Below, piece after piece: positions 1 to 13,400 of a stretch of 64,000 bases of DNA. The DNA comes from Macrostomum hystrix (taxonomy: Eukaryota > Animalia > Platyhelminthes). Location: NCBI GenBank assembly GCA_950097015.1, contig CATNEN010000029.1, positions 4,402,001 to 4,466,000 on the forward strand, given 5' to 3'. Position numbers and translations under genes: made by a program. Within the stretch, counting starts at the first letter, position 1. Every line of letters begins with the position of its first letter. The notes under the pieces were generated by a model. The model ran no database searches and was not told the origin of the DNA. It saw nothing but the letters and a program-made list of their open reading frames with translations.

Positions 1-717
1 TTAATATGCGATAAGCGAAACAAATTAGACACTTAAAGCAAATAATAAATACAATAATAAATACGAGCGTATGAATGAAGTTCCGACCATTTGACCAGCT
101 CGTGATCACTCACGCACACAAATACTGTTAGCAGCCACACAATTTCAAAGGCACAATCTTTAGATGGATTTAAATTTCAACTGTAATCAAATATTAAATT
201 TCATCAAAGTTCATTTTTAGTCTGGACAATCCGGTTCTTTGGCAGTTTATATGGGTCGAAACCACCTGTAGGAATTCTGAATAAGTTATTATTGTAGAAT
301 AATTTTTTTTGTAAATATAAATCTATATCTGAATGCAAGCATCTTGTGCCATGCATATGTTATTGAAAGCTTATTATTGTCTGGCATGCATCTACAATAG
401 CTTTGAGCTACTTGCCTTCATCGACGATTCAAGGAACTATAAATAGGGCGAACAATGTTTTCAAAGAAATCGGATCGATACAATACATCAAACGAAACGG
501 TTGACATAACTAGAACAGACTGAAGTAACACAATGGTGAATATAACACTATTTCTATATTGTCAAATGTACAATTTCAGGGCTGAAGGGAGTGGGGCAGT
601 CACTGGTGTACATTGTTGTGGGGCAGTCACTGGAGTACATTGGTGTTCAATTCAATTCAATTCATCTTACAGTTCATGTCAGATTAATGGGTGATTTAAT
701 GGCAGGGAGTGAGGTGC

Positions 718-1248
718 GCGTCAGATGAATTGGGTGGTGGCTAGGCTGGGAGTTTGGTGGACGTCAGATGAATTGGGTGGTGGCTAGGCTGGGAGTGGGG
801 TGGACGTCAGATGAATAGGGTGGTGGCTAGGCTGGGAATGGGGTGGACGTCAGATGAATAGGGTGGTGGCCAGGCTGGGAGTGGTGTGGGCGTCAGATGA
901 ATAGGGTAGTGGCTAGGCTGGGAGTGGGGTGGGCGTCAGATGAATAGGGTGGTGGCTAGGCTGGGAGTGGGGTGGACGTCAGATGAATAGGGTGGTGGCT
1001 AGGCTGGGAGTGGTGTGGGCGTCAGATGAATAGGGTGGTGGGTGGCTAGGCTGGGAGTGGGGTGGACGTCAGATGAATAGGGTTGTGGCTAGGCTAGGAG
1101 TGGGGTGGGCGTCAGATGAATAGGGTTGTGGCTAGGATGGGAGTGGGGTGGACGTCAGATGAATAGGGTGGTGGCTAGGATGGGAGTGGGGTGGGCGTCA
1201 GATAAAAAAGGTGGTGGCTAGGCTGGGAGTGAGGTGGGTGTCAGATTA
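718..1248. repeat. 43-bp G-rich minisatellite
   Basis: gtcagatgaatagggtggtggctaggctgggagtggggtggac x~12. Confidence 0.95.
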
Positions 1249-1415
1249 GAAAAAAGTGATGAAAAGTACTGCAGATACTGCAGCATTTTTATATCTGAAC
1301 TAAAAATAACAAATACAAACTCTAAACAAAGCATTTAATACTAAGTCGCGACAAAAATCGAACACCATTCATGTGGCAACGCAGAACAATGTCAGTGCAA
1401 TCAATAGTCACTCAC

Positions 1416-1462
1416 CCCAGTTGACGATCGACTCCGCAAGTCAGTCGCCTCTCTGGAGTCTT
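1416..1462 (-). CDS. BLTP2: BLTP2 exon 16 (EDSREATDLRSRSSTG)
   Basis: ttttgcag|...|gtgagt, phase matches exon 15; no homology support. Confidence 0.6.
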
Positions 1463-4400
1463 CTGCAAAACCAAGGTGGACATTAAAATAAAAAAGATTT
1501 CAGTTTAGCTTGCTTGTAGCCAAGTGGTTAGACAATCTAACTCCACATTGCTTCAGTTCACCCAGCTGTAAATAGTGTACCAGCATTAGCGGGGGCAGAA
1601 TTTTGGGTGGGTATGGCGCCTCCCCAGTCCATGGACTGAACAGCTGTACGCAGCTGTACGAAACTGACCAGAGTTAAACGTAGAGAAGCTGGCGCCTCTG
1701 ACTTGTCCGCCGCCGCCGCCGCCGCTGCCACCTCCGGCTCCACCGGCTCTGTTGTAATCAACCGCCGACAATTCCAGCAGTTGCAGCCGGCCATCAACGC
1801 CGCTACTGCTGAGTGTAACGCTGACTCCGCGAATTTTCACCGTCAGACTGCTGGCGGTCCATTGGGCCCGAGGCCTACGCTTCAGGCCGTCTCGAAAGCC
1901 GGCTAGTTCCATGCTGAAGCTAGCTCGCAAATTTAACTCTCCGGTGGACATTTGAATGCCGTGCCGCCTGGAGAAGGACACCCAGTACTCGGAGAGGGTG
2001 CGCGGGCAGGACAGGTTCAATCGGAAGCTTCTCAGACTGCGGCTGAATAGCGGCTTTCGGCCGGTCACAAATCTGCTATGGGCTGCCGAATGGCTGCGAA
2101 ATATCTGGCCCCGCCGAATCGGCCGGGACACTTTGGTCAGGCAGGTGGCCAGCTTGTCGAAGAATTTCAACGCGTTCGTGTAACAGTTGGACTCGGCCAC
2201 GGGAGCCGAGCCGGAGCCTTCGCCGACGCGCAGGTCGAATGTCAGATTGATGCCGCGGGTGCGGAACTGGGCGAATGAGTCCAGACTCGACTGACGGGCG
2301 GAGTGCGTTGCGGAGATAAAATTTTATTATTTCTACTTGAGGTTTTGGACAGAGGTCTTGGGATCTTAAGGAGAGTTCATTTGGGAAAAATATCCCTTGG
2401 GATTTAGGTTATCTTTTCAAAGTTTGTTTTATTTAAAAGGGATTGAGGATTATATTATAAAGAGGGATTTTGGATTCTTTTAGGAGAGATATTCTGGATT
2501 TTTTGGGGATTTAGGATTTTTTTAGGGATTTAGGATTTTTTAAAGATAGGATTCAGGATTTCTAAGAGAGAGATTTAAGATTATTTTAGGAGAGGGATTT
2601 AGCATTATTTTAGGAGAGGGATTCAGGAGCTTTTAGGGGATTTGGGATTTAGGATTCTTTAATGGGATTTAGGATTTTTTAGGATAGGGAGTTAGGATTT
2701 ATAAGAGAGGGATTTAGGATTCTTTTAGGGGAGGGATGTAGGATTCTTTTAGGAGAGGGATTTAGGATTCTTTTAGGAGAGGGATTCAGGATTCTTTTAG
2801 GGGAGGGATTTAGGATTCTTTTAGGAGAGGGATTTAGGATTCTTGAAGAGAGGCATTCATGATTCTTATAGGAGTGGGATGTAGGATTATAATAGAGGAA
2901 TTCAGGATTTTTTAGACAGGGGTTAATAACTATTTTAGAAGAGGAATCTAGAATAATTTACAGAATTTTTTATTTATTTTCAAGAGGGATTAGGGAATAA
3001 TTTTGGAGACGAATTAAGCATCAAGCAGGATCAAACATTGGTGATGATATTATGATAATTCTAAGGGAACAATAGAGGATGGTTCTTTTTAAAGCGGAGA
3101 CTTTTCTAGCAAATAGGTTACTGATAGCTTTTGAACAGGGATTGCTGATAATTCCAATGCGCAAGATTTACTAACCAAATCAGTGCCCTTTGGCAGGCGG
3201 TCAGGATTAACCGGCATGACAGAATGGTGATCATTGGGATTGCCGTCAGTCAGCCACTCGAGCAGGATGCTATACCGGGTGGCGGGAAAGTGAAACAGGC
3301 GACAGTCGTCGTACTTGGATGCCGTTCGGCAGTGAACATCCAGATCGCCCAGGAAGCTCCAGCGCACTATACAAAATTTTTTAGTTTTTTTTTAATATGC
3401 ACTCCTTAAATAAGTCTTATTTGATTACATAATTCATGCATAACTACATACAAAATTTTTATTACCTTCACCCTTACCCTAGACTGTTCCCCAGACACTA
3501 ACCTAGATCATTCCTCACACCCTACCCTAGACCTTTCATCACACCCTTACCTAGATAATTCCTCATACCGTGCCCAAGACCATTCCTCACACCCTACCCT
3601 AGACCATTCCTCACACCCTAACCCTAGACCATTCCTCACACTCTACCCTAGATTATTCCTCACACCCTACCCTAGACCATTCCTCCCACCCTTCCCAAGA
3701 CCATTCCTCACACCCTAACCCTAGACCATTCCTCACACCCTAACCCTAGACCATTCCTCACACCCTAACCCTAGACCATTCCTCACACCCTAACCCTAGA
3801 CCATTCCTCACACCCTACCCTAGACCATTCCTCACACCCTAACCCTAGACCATTCCTCACACCCTAACCCTAGACCATTCCTCACACCCTAACCCTAGAC
3901 CATTCCTCACACTCTACCCTAGATTATTCCTCACACCCTACCCTAGACCATTCCTCCCACCCTTCCCAAGACCATTCCTCACACCCTAACCCTAGACCAT
4001 TCCTCACACCCTAACCCTAGACCATTCCTCACACCCTAACCCTAGACCATTCCTCACACCCTAACCCTAGACCATTCCTCACACCCTACCCTAGACCATT
4101 CCTCACATCCTACCCTGGACCATTCCTCACATCCTACCCTGGACCATTCCTCTCAAATAACCCTAGATGGTTTCACAAAGCCTTTAGCGCGAACGCGAAA
4201 CTCACTGTTAGTCCATTCAAACGCGACCCCATTGGACCAGCGCAGCTCCAGAAACTCAGTAGAATTGCACGGATCGCTGCTAGTGTGATAGCGCCAAACC
4301 ATTTCCTTAGCTTCAGCTGTAAGAGTTCCGTGATATTTCACTCGACACTTATCCCACCAGGGCATTGGCGGACTGGGATCCCTAGTTGGCCTAATGATGT

Positions 4401-7400
4401 TATTAAAGCACTGATTGAACCAATCAAAAGCAGGTTGCCAATTGGATCCGTAGCACAGTTCGGCTAATTGCAGTGTCATTTTGGCGTCGTGAAAAAATTT
4501 CAACGGCGGCATGCAGCGAATCACGGTGCCGCTAGGCCAGGGACTGCCCGGCTCCACCGTGACAAACCGAATCGAATTCGGGCTTGGCGCGCTCTCCGCC
4601 ACCACTAGACGAGTTGTTAGACGGAGCTCCCTAGTTCGCAGAAGGCATTCCGGATAGTCGCGCAATTGACAATTCCAGCTGGCAGAGTTGAATATCAGCC
4701 GGCGACCGTAGAGGGTACCGAACTCGTGACCAGGCGGCATCGGCGACCAAGGATCGATGCTAGCCATGGCTTCCAGAAGCTTTCGACGACCCCGGAGGGA
4801 GGTGTCCAACAGCCAGGCAATGTTTAACCGGCTGAATGACATTGTCATGAGGGTCTGGCTAGCCGGACATTCGCGCAATTTCTGCTTCCGCTTGATGAAG
4901 GTGTCGGCTTTGCGAGCGTGCAGTTGCTCGCTGATCTGGGCAAGTTTGTCCCGATCTGCGTGTCCTGCCCGCCTGGCCATGGCCTGGGCAATGAGAATTC
5001 GCTCCTCCGTTTCCAGGCACTCGTCCAGCATTAGCAGGTAGTTTTCGCTCAGGTTCAACTCGAACGGATCGTCGTGAAGTTCAATGGTTAGAGACTGTTT
5101 TGAATGGTTGAAGTAGAATATGAGTTAGGTTAGTCTAGCTAATTGTTCAGGGTCTTGTCTAGCCACAATGACTGTAAATCTACTCTAGCTTCGATTCTAG
5201 CTCAAGCCTAGCTTCGATTCTGTTTGAATTCAAGCTTCGATTTTAGCTTAAGTCTAGCTTCGATTCTAGCTTAAGTCTAGCTTCGATTCCAGCTCAAGTC
5301 TAGCTTCGATTCTAGATCAGGCCTAGCTTCGATTTCAGCTCAAGTCTAGCTTCGATTCTAGTTTAAATCTAGCTTCGATTCCAGCTCAAGTCTAGCTTTG
5401 ATTCCAGCTCAAGCCTAGCTTCGATTCTAGCTCAAGGCTAGCTTCGATTCTGTTTGAATTTTCAAGGCTAGCTTCGATTCCAGCTCAAGTCTAGCTTCGA
5501 TTCTAGCTCAAGCCTAGCTTCGATTCTGTTTGAATTCAAGCTTCGATTTTAGCTTAAGTCTAGCTTCGATTCCAGCTCAAGTCTAGCTTCGATTCTAGAT
5601 TAATTCTAGCTTTGATATTAGCTCAAGTCTAGCTTCGATTCCAGCTCGAGTCTAGCTTCGATTCCAGCTCAAGTCTAGCTTCGATTCTAGCCTAAGTCCA
5701 GATGCGACTCTAAAGTTAGTTTAGCTTCTAGTCTTGGTTTAGCCATGGTTCTGGCTTTAGTCTAGCTGCAATGCTAGCACTGTTCGCATCTACAATTGAT
5801 ATTTTCATGCAACATTAACAGTAAATCAAACAGCTGAAACTCACTTCAATGTTGACGCAGATGTCAGAGCCAAGCGGTTTTGTGTCGTCTTTAATCTGGT
5901 CCTTATCCACGTGATTGTGAACACTGCGCAACCATTTTCGTGTGCTCAATACCTGTAAGAGGTATTTTATCATTATGGATGCACTTTTAACTTTAAGATA
6001 CACCTAGACAGCTTAAAGTATGTTTATCGTTCAAGCCTAATTTAGCAAAAGAAAAAACGCGTTAAGTACATATACCAGTATACAAAACATCTTACAAACG
6101 TACATACCCTAGGAACATATCCCAACATATCCCTAGGAACATATCCCAATATACCCTAGGAAAAAATAATCCTAAAAAACCCTAGGAACATATCCCAACA
6201 TACCCTAGGAAAAAATAATCCTAAAAAACCCTAGGAACATATCCCAACATACCCTAGGAAAAAATAATCCTAAAAAACCCTAGGAACATATCCCAACATA
6301 CCCTAGGAACATATCCCAACATACCCTAGGAATATATCCCAACACATCCCTAGGAACATATCCCAACATACCCTAGGAATATATCCCAACACATCCCTAG
6401 GAACATATCCCAACATACCCTAAGAAAAAAAAAATCCTAAAAAACCCTAGGAACATATCCCAACATACCCTAGGAACAAATAATCCCAATATACCCTAGG
6501 AACATATCCCAACATACCCTAGGAACAAATAATCCCAATATACCCTAGGAACATATCCCAATATACCCTAGGAACATATCCCAACATACCCTAGGAACAT
6601 ATCCCAACATATCCCTAGGAACATATCCCAACATATCCCTAGGAATATATCCCAACACACAGAGCCGCAGCAGAGAGCAAATGTACTTACTTGATCCATG
6701 CACTCATAAAAGTCGAACTCAAACGGAAACCTGACCAGCAGGGTCTCCATAGCCGCATTGTAGACTGAGTTCTCCGGAACATCCAGTCCAAGTCGCAGTT
6801 CTCGATGCCTGGACACTGACAAGGTCAGTCCGGTGCCTTGAAATATGCGCCTGCTATTGAAATAGAGCGACGCCGTGTCACACCTGGCCACGCCGGACTC
6901 TAATTGCAGGCTAGATAGGCACAGGTTAAGGCTGTGAGAACTGCTCAACTGCAAGTTGACGCTAACTTGCTGCTGAAGACTCAAACTGGGTAAGGAGCGG
7001 CTGGGAGCTGACTGTGAACTGCGGCCCGCCTCGTCGTCGGCATCCTGGTCGATCTTCGGCTTCTTCAACAGTGCCACAATAGGAGCTAGGCAATGATCGG
7101 CGATATCCTTCAGGCACAGATGCACGCCTGGACTCCAGAAGGCTTCAATTGGATCGGCGCACAACAGTCGATGACGCGGCTCTCGCGCGGCGCCAAACTT
7201 GGCCTGGAGCAGATGCAACGACAGCACTACGGAGCGTGGAGTCTTAGCCTGCCAACTGGAATAGTGCAATACCTTCAATAGCTTCACTTCCATAGAGACT
7301 GAGGCGCTGCTCAGTTGCTGCTGCTGCTGCTGCAGCTGCTGCGATCGCACCTCCAGATCGAGCTGACGCAGCCACAGACGCATGTGATCGCCGCAGGTGC

Positions 7401-10400
7401 TAACAGCTGATAGGACACACTCTTGGAACCAGGCGTGCAACAGGATGGCTGGACGGCGCAGGGCTAACAATGGCGGATTATTCAACTGTACAGGCTGCTG
7501 CTGCTGCTGCTCAGATTTTTTCTGGGCAAAGCTCGCCGCCCAAGCGTGCACAAGCTGTGTTAGAGTTTGCACTAATTCTCTAGTGACTTTCAGTTGTAGG
7601 CGAGTCACAGTAAGTTTAGTTTGCAGCACCTCAGTCTGGCCCTGACCCGACGATCTCGGACACTGCAGGGGACATTGTTTTGGAAACTTTGCATTTGTCG
7701 CCCATTGGTTAGAGCTTTAGACAGAATACTGAGACGTCGTGAGTTCGAATCCCAGCCCAGGGAGAATCTATTTATGTTTTTAAGCAAGATACTTAACTAG
7801 AGGCAGAGCGATTAACGCGTTTGACTCTCGCACCAAGGTCCCTAGCTCGATTCCACGGGAGGCCAAATTTATTTGGAGCTTCATGGGGGCTTCATGTCGT
7901 GCAATTTACGTCCTTAAGGGGCAAACTCTCATGTCTCATGATGTTTCAGAACCCACAGCCCTTCAGCAATTATTTTTTTTATCAGACCATTATCCTACTG
8001 ATTGACAAAGGTAGAAATTTGGGTCGCTGTTTAGAGTGACCTATTATAATTCTTTCGATCTTATTATAAAAAAACTAGTACGATATCGCACGAGGAATCG
8101 AACTAGCCGGGCAGTTTCCCGGGCAGATTCCTAATCACTCACTGTAATGTGACAGCCGTCAATCTCCAGCGCATTTGCTAGGCTGCTATCGAGTACGCGC
8201 ATGTGAGCTGGATTCTGATTGGCCAGCTGGACACAGACTGGACCCTGCAGGTCGCAGTTGGCTATCTGTACCTGACAGGCCACCGGAGGCCTATAGCTGC
8301 CGTACGTGTTCAACACCAGGTCCAGTTTAGTGGGGCCGTAGGTGATTCTGAGGCCAGGTTGCAGCTCGGTCACGCCAAGCTCCAGGCACAATGACTGGCC
8401 AGGTTCGGCCCGAACATCCAAGATAATCTCGATGCGCTTGCCACCCAACAGGCGAGCCAGATGAGCCCGAAGTCGCTGTCGTCTACGACGCGACGATGAC
8501 GGTGGTGCCGCCGCAGCCGCAGCCGCGGCTGTCGCTGTTGGCGAAGGCGTCGGCGAGATGTCGGTAGCGCCGCGCAGGCTGCGAGGCAGAACGCTCCGTA
8601 GATAGTGAGACCAGAACCTGGCCTCTTCAACCTGGTAGGCAAAAAATGGCGTCAGCAGCGCCAGCTTGAAGTCAATTACCTTCGGGTAGAGCTGCGGAGA
8701 GGTTCGCGGAGGTCGGCGTTTTTTGATAGTGTCATTTTATATTATTATATAAAATTGCCGTTTCTATCACATTGGATGCAATTTTTTGTCCTAAATGTAT
8801 TTTTTAATGCCTGGTTGCCATTTTACATCTCATAGCTGCCATTTTTAAACAGGATGCCATTTTGTTATCTCTTAGCTGCCATTTTTTAAATGCCATTTTG
8901 ATATCTCTTAGCTGCCATTTTTTAATTTAAATGCTATTTTATATCTCTTAGCTGCCATTTTTTTATTGAAATGCCATTTTGATATCTCTTAGCTGCCATT
9001 TTTTAATTGAAATGCCATTTTGATATCTCTTAGCTACCATTTTTAAATTGAAATGCCATTTTGATATCTCTTAGCTGCCATTTTTTAATTGAAATGACAT
9101 TTTGATATCTCTTAGCTGCCACTTTTTAAGTGGATGCCATTTTGATATCTCTTAGCTGCCATTTTTTTATTGAAGTGCCATTTTGATATCTCTTAGCTGC
9201 CATTTTTTTATTGAAATGCCATTTTGATATCTCTTAGCTGCCATTTTTTAATTGAAATGCCATTTTGATATCTCTTAGCTACCATTTTTAAATTGAAATG
9301 CCATTTTGATATCTCTTAGCTGCCATTTTTTAATTGAAATGACATTTTGATATCTCTTAGCTGCCACTTTTTAAGTGGATGCCATTTTGATATCTCTTAG
9401 CTGCCATTTTTTTATTGAAGTGCCATTTTGATATCTCTTAGCTGCCACTTTTTAAGTGGATGCCATTTTGATATCTCTTAGCTGCCATTTTTTAAGTGGA
9501 TGCCATTTTGATATCTCTTAGCTGCCATTTTTTAAGTGGATGCCATTTTGATATCTCTTAGCTGCCATTTTTTATTGAAATGCCTTTTTTATACCTCCTG
9601 TCAGTTTTTTATTTAGCAACTTATCTCCCAGGTGCCATTTTTGTATTCAAAGTGTAATAATAATAAAAGAATTTTTTATTTGACTAAATATTCTGACTTA
9701 AGTTCACAGCTGCTTCATGATATACCTACACGTGTATAAACTAAAAAAAACAAAACAATAATTCACTCACATCGCCAAAGAATTCAAACTTCTTCACCCT
9801 GGCAAATGGAATGTCGTCGTTTAGAACGACCCCAAAGTCGCACAGCGCGACCCGCATGCTGGCCTGCCCGACAAAATCGTCAGCGGCAGCTGCAACTGAG
9901 TTTGATCCGCCATTGCCACCCTGCTGCTGCTGCTGCTGCTCAGAGGCAGTATCGTTCTGCAACTTGGCGCTCAGGGCTGACCATTCAAGTACCAGACTGC
10001 GGCGGCACATCTCGCGCTCGAGCTCACAGTGCAGCGCATCGATCTGAAACAGAAGCATTGCTCACGATTTGAATCCACCGATGTCACTCTGACAAGCTAC
10101 CGATGTCACTCTGACAAGCTACCGATGTCACTCTGACAAGCTACCGATGTCACTCTGACAAGCTACCGATGTCACTCTGACAAGCTACCGATGTCACTCT
10201 GACAAGCTACCGATGTCACTCTGACAAGCTACCGATGTCACTCTGACATGCCACCGATGTCACTCTGACAAGCTACCGATGTCACTCTGACAAGCTACCG
10301 ATGTCACTCTGACAAGCTACCAATGTCACTCTGACATGCCACCGATGTCACTCTGACAAGCTACCGATGTCACTCTGACAAGCTACCGATGTCACTCTGA

Positions 10401-13400
10401 CAAGCTACCAATGTCACTCTGACATGCCACCGATGTCACTCTGACAAGCTACCGATGTCACTCTGACAAGCTACCAATGTCACTCTGACAAGAACCAATG
10501 TCACATTGACAAGCCACAGATTTCACACTGAAAAGCCACAGATTTCACATTGAGAAGCCACAGATTTCACATTGACAAGCCACAGATTTCACATTGACAA
10601 GCCACAGATTTCACATGGACAAGCCACAGCTTTCACATGGACAAGCCACAGATTTCAGATTTCACATTGTCAAGCCACAGATTTCACATTGACAAGCCAC
10701 AGATTTCACATTGACAAGCCACAGATTTCACATGGACAAGCCACAGATTTCACATGGACAAGCCACAGATTTCACATGGACAAGCCACAGATTTCACATT
10801 GACAAGCCACAGATTTCACATGGACAAGCCACAGATTTCACATTGACAAGCCACAGATTTCACATGGACAAGCCACAGCTTTCACATGGACAAGCCACAG
10901 ATTTCACATTGACAAGCCACAGATTTCACATTGACAAGCCACAGATTTCACATTGACAAGCCACAGATTTCACATGGACAAGCCACAGATTTCACATTGA
11001 CAAGCCACAGATTTCACATTGACAAGCCACAGATTTCACATTGACAAGCCACAGATTTCACATGGACAAGCCACAGATTTCACATGGACAAGCCACAGAT
11101 TTCACATGGACAAGCCACAGATTTCACATTGACAAGCCACTAATCACTACATAAAGAGGCCACCAACCTGCAGTTCAGCTCTCCTAGGCAGCCAGAACAG
11201 CGGATAGCCTTCATCGTCCACCGAGGAGCAGTTCAACAGCTTCGCATTCAGGCCAACGCCAACTCCGGCCATCACGTGACCTGCATCGTCGGATGCGTCA
11301 GGAACTGCGGCGCCGTCCAGGCCGGGCCGATTGAAGCCGTAGGTGTACAAACTGCGCATCAGCCTCAGAGACTCTTGAGTCTTGGCGTAGTCCTTCAGGT
11401 AGGCGAAGAATTCTGCAAGAAATGAATTTGAGATTAAAGCGATGCATTTTACAAGTTAATTCTACAATCAGTTATGAAACAATGCGCTGGTGTTACCTTG
11501 TGTTACAAAAAACCTCGGACCGGCAATGCGGCACTGAACGCTCACTGGCAACCCGTCGACTGTTCGACGATTTAACTGTAACCTGGCGGCGCCGATGCGA
11601 CTGTTCAGCAGCAGCAGCCGGACAATGTCCTGCGGGTGCGAAGTATTACAAAGCCCTTACTCACTGCAGCCAATCACAGATTACTCAGTCACTGCAGCCA
11701 ATCACAGATCGCTCACTGCAGCCAATCACAGAACCCTCAGTCACTGCATCCAATCACAGATCCGTCATTTGCTGTAGCCAATCGCAGATTCCTCAGCCAC
11801 TGCAGCCAATCACAAATCACTCAGTCACTGCAGCCAATCACAGATTACTCAGTCACTGCAGCCAATCTCAGATTACTCAGTCACTGCAGCCAATCACAGA
11901 TCGCTCACTGCAGCCAATCACAGAACCCTGAGTCACAGCATCCAATCACAGATCCCTCATTTGCTGTAGCCAATCGCAGATTCCTCAGCCACTGCAGCCA
12001 ATCACAAATCACTCAGTCACTGCAGCCAATCACAGATTACTCACTAACTGCAGCCAATCACAAATCTCTCTGTCACATCATTGGCCATCCCAACCAATCG
12101 AAAAACACCATCAAAAACTAACCTCGCGCATCTCGCCTGATTGGGCAGCCTGGGAGCTGACAAGCAGTTTGTTGGTGATGAATTTCACAGACATATCGCT
12201 GCCCTGAAGCTGATAGTTGCAGCTGACATTGGGCATGAAAAGCATAAGTGATTTCCATATGAAAGCTTACCAAATTTCGAGTTATAAAATGAACAATGAA
12301 GCTTTAATCACCATTCCGAGTCGATGGAAGCAATAAAGAGCTCAAGTCGGTCAGCGTAGAAGTGCAAACTGGATAGGCGAGGAAAGCTGCCAACTTTGAT
12401 GTGCAGACTCTTCACTGTGACACCAAGGAACTGAGGGAAAAATGGTTTTAGAATTTTTTTCTCTATCATATGCGCATCGCACTACTACAATTTTTCTCAG
12501 TAAGATAGAGAGAACATTAGCATATATGAATGTGCTCGCCTGTAGCAAGGTTCGCAGGTGCCTGCTGTTGCTCTCATGCTGGCCAGTGTAGCCGGCGCCG
12601 TCACTTGGAGGGGCTGGAGGTTTGACCTCATCGAATGGGAATGTCTTAGGCAGCGAGTAGCCGCCATCGCGCAGGAAGGACCAGTTGTGAACAGAATTAA
12701 GCTGACTCTCCACCTCCACGTCTTGCACAATGGCGGTGAGAATCCAGCTGCCAGAATTTGCATCGCTTACATTATTTGTACATACACTAATATTCGCCTC
12801 CTTCTAGTCTAGCTAGCTATAAAGGAAAAATTAAAATCGAACTCACGGTGCTTGCTTATTCCAAAAGCTGCTAGTAATTTGCACAGACTTGATTTCCTGC
12901 AATTAAAAAAGGAAACACTGTTTTTTAGACAAAAGGGGACATATTTTTCCACAATCTATACTTACGACGCGAGTATTGTTAGGAAAATGAAGCCAAATGT
13001 TGAATCCCTTCAATAAGCCAACATTTTGCACCTTCAAGTCGATGTGCAATAGATTGTAGAGCTTGGATGCTAGGTAGAACACAAACAGTCTAAAAGTTGA
13101 TTTGAAATTATATTAAATAGAATAATAGTACAGTAGAATTTTAAAGCCTTGATTTAAACTAGATTTCAAAATTAAACAAGGACTAATTTACAAAGCAAAA
13201 CTACATGCATGGATGCTAACATTATAACTACTTTTACTATGGCTTACTGTATAAAATGTTTTATTGAAAAAAAGGAAAATGAATGAAAGCTTAAGCCATC
13301 ATATAATCAACACTAAATTCATAGCCTCAGGATTATTTGTTTAAATAAATATTGACGATTTAAATCCACAGATACATTTAACTAGTCAAAATTAATATAA

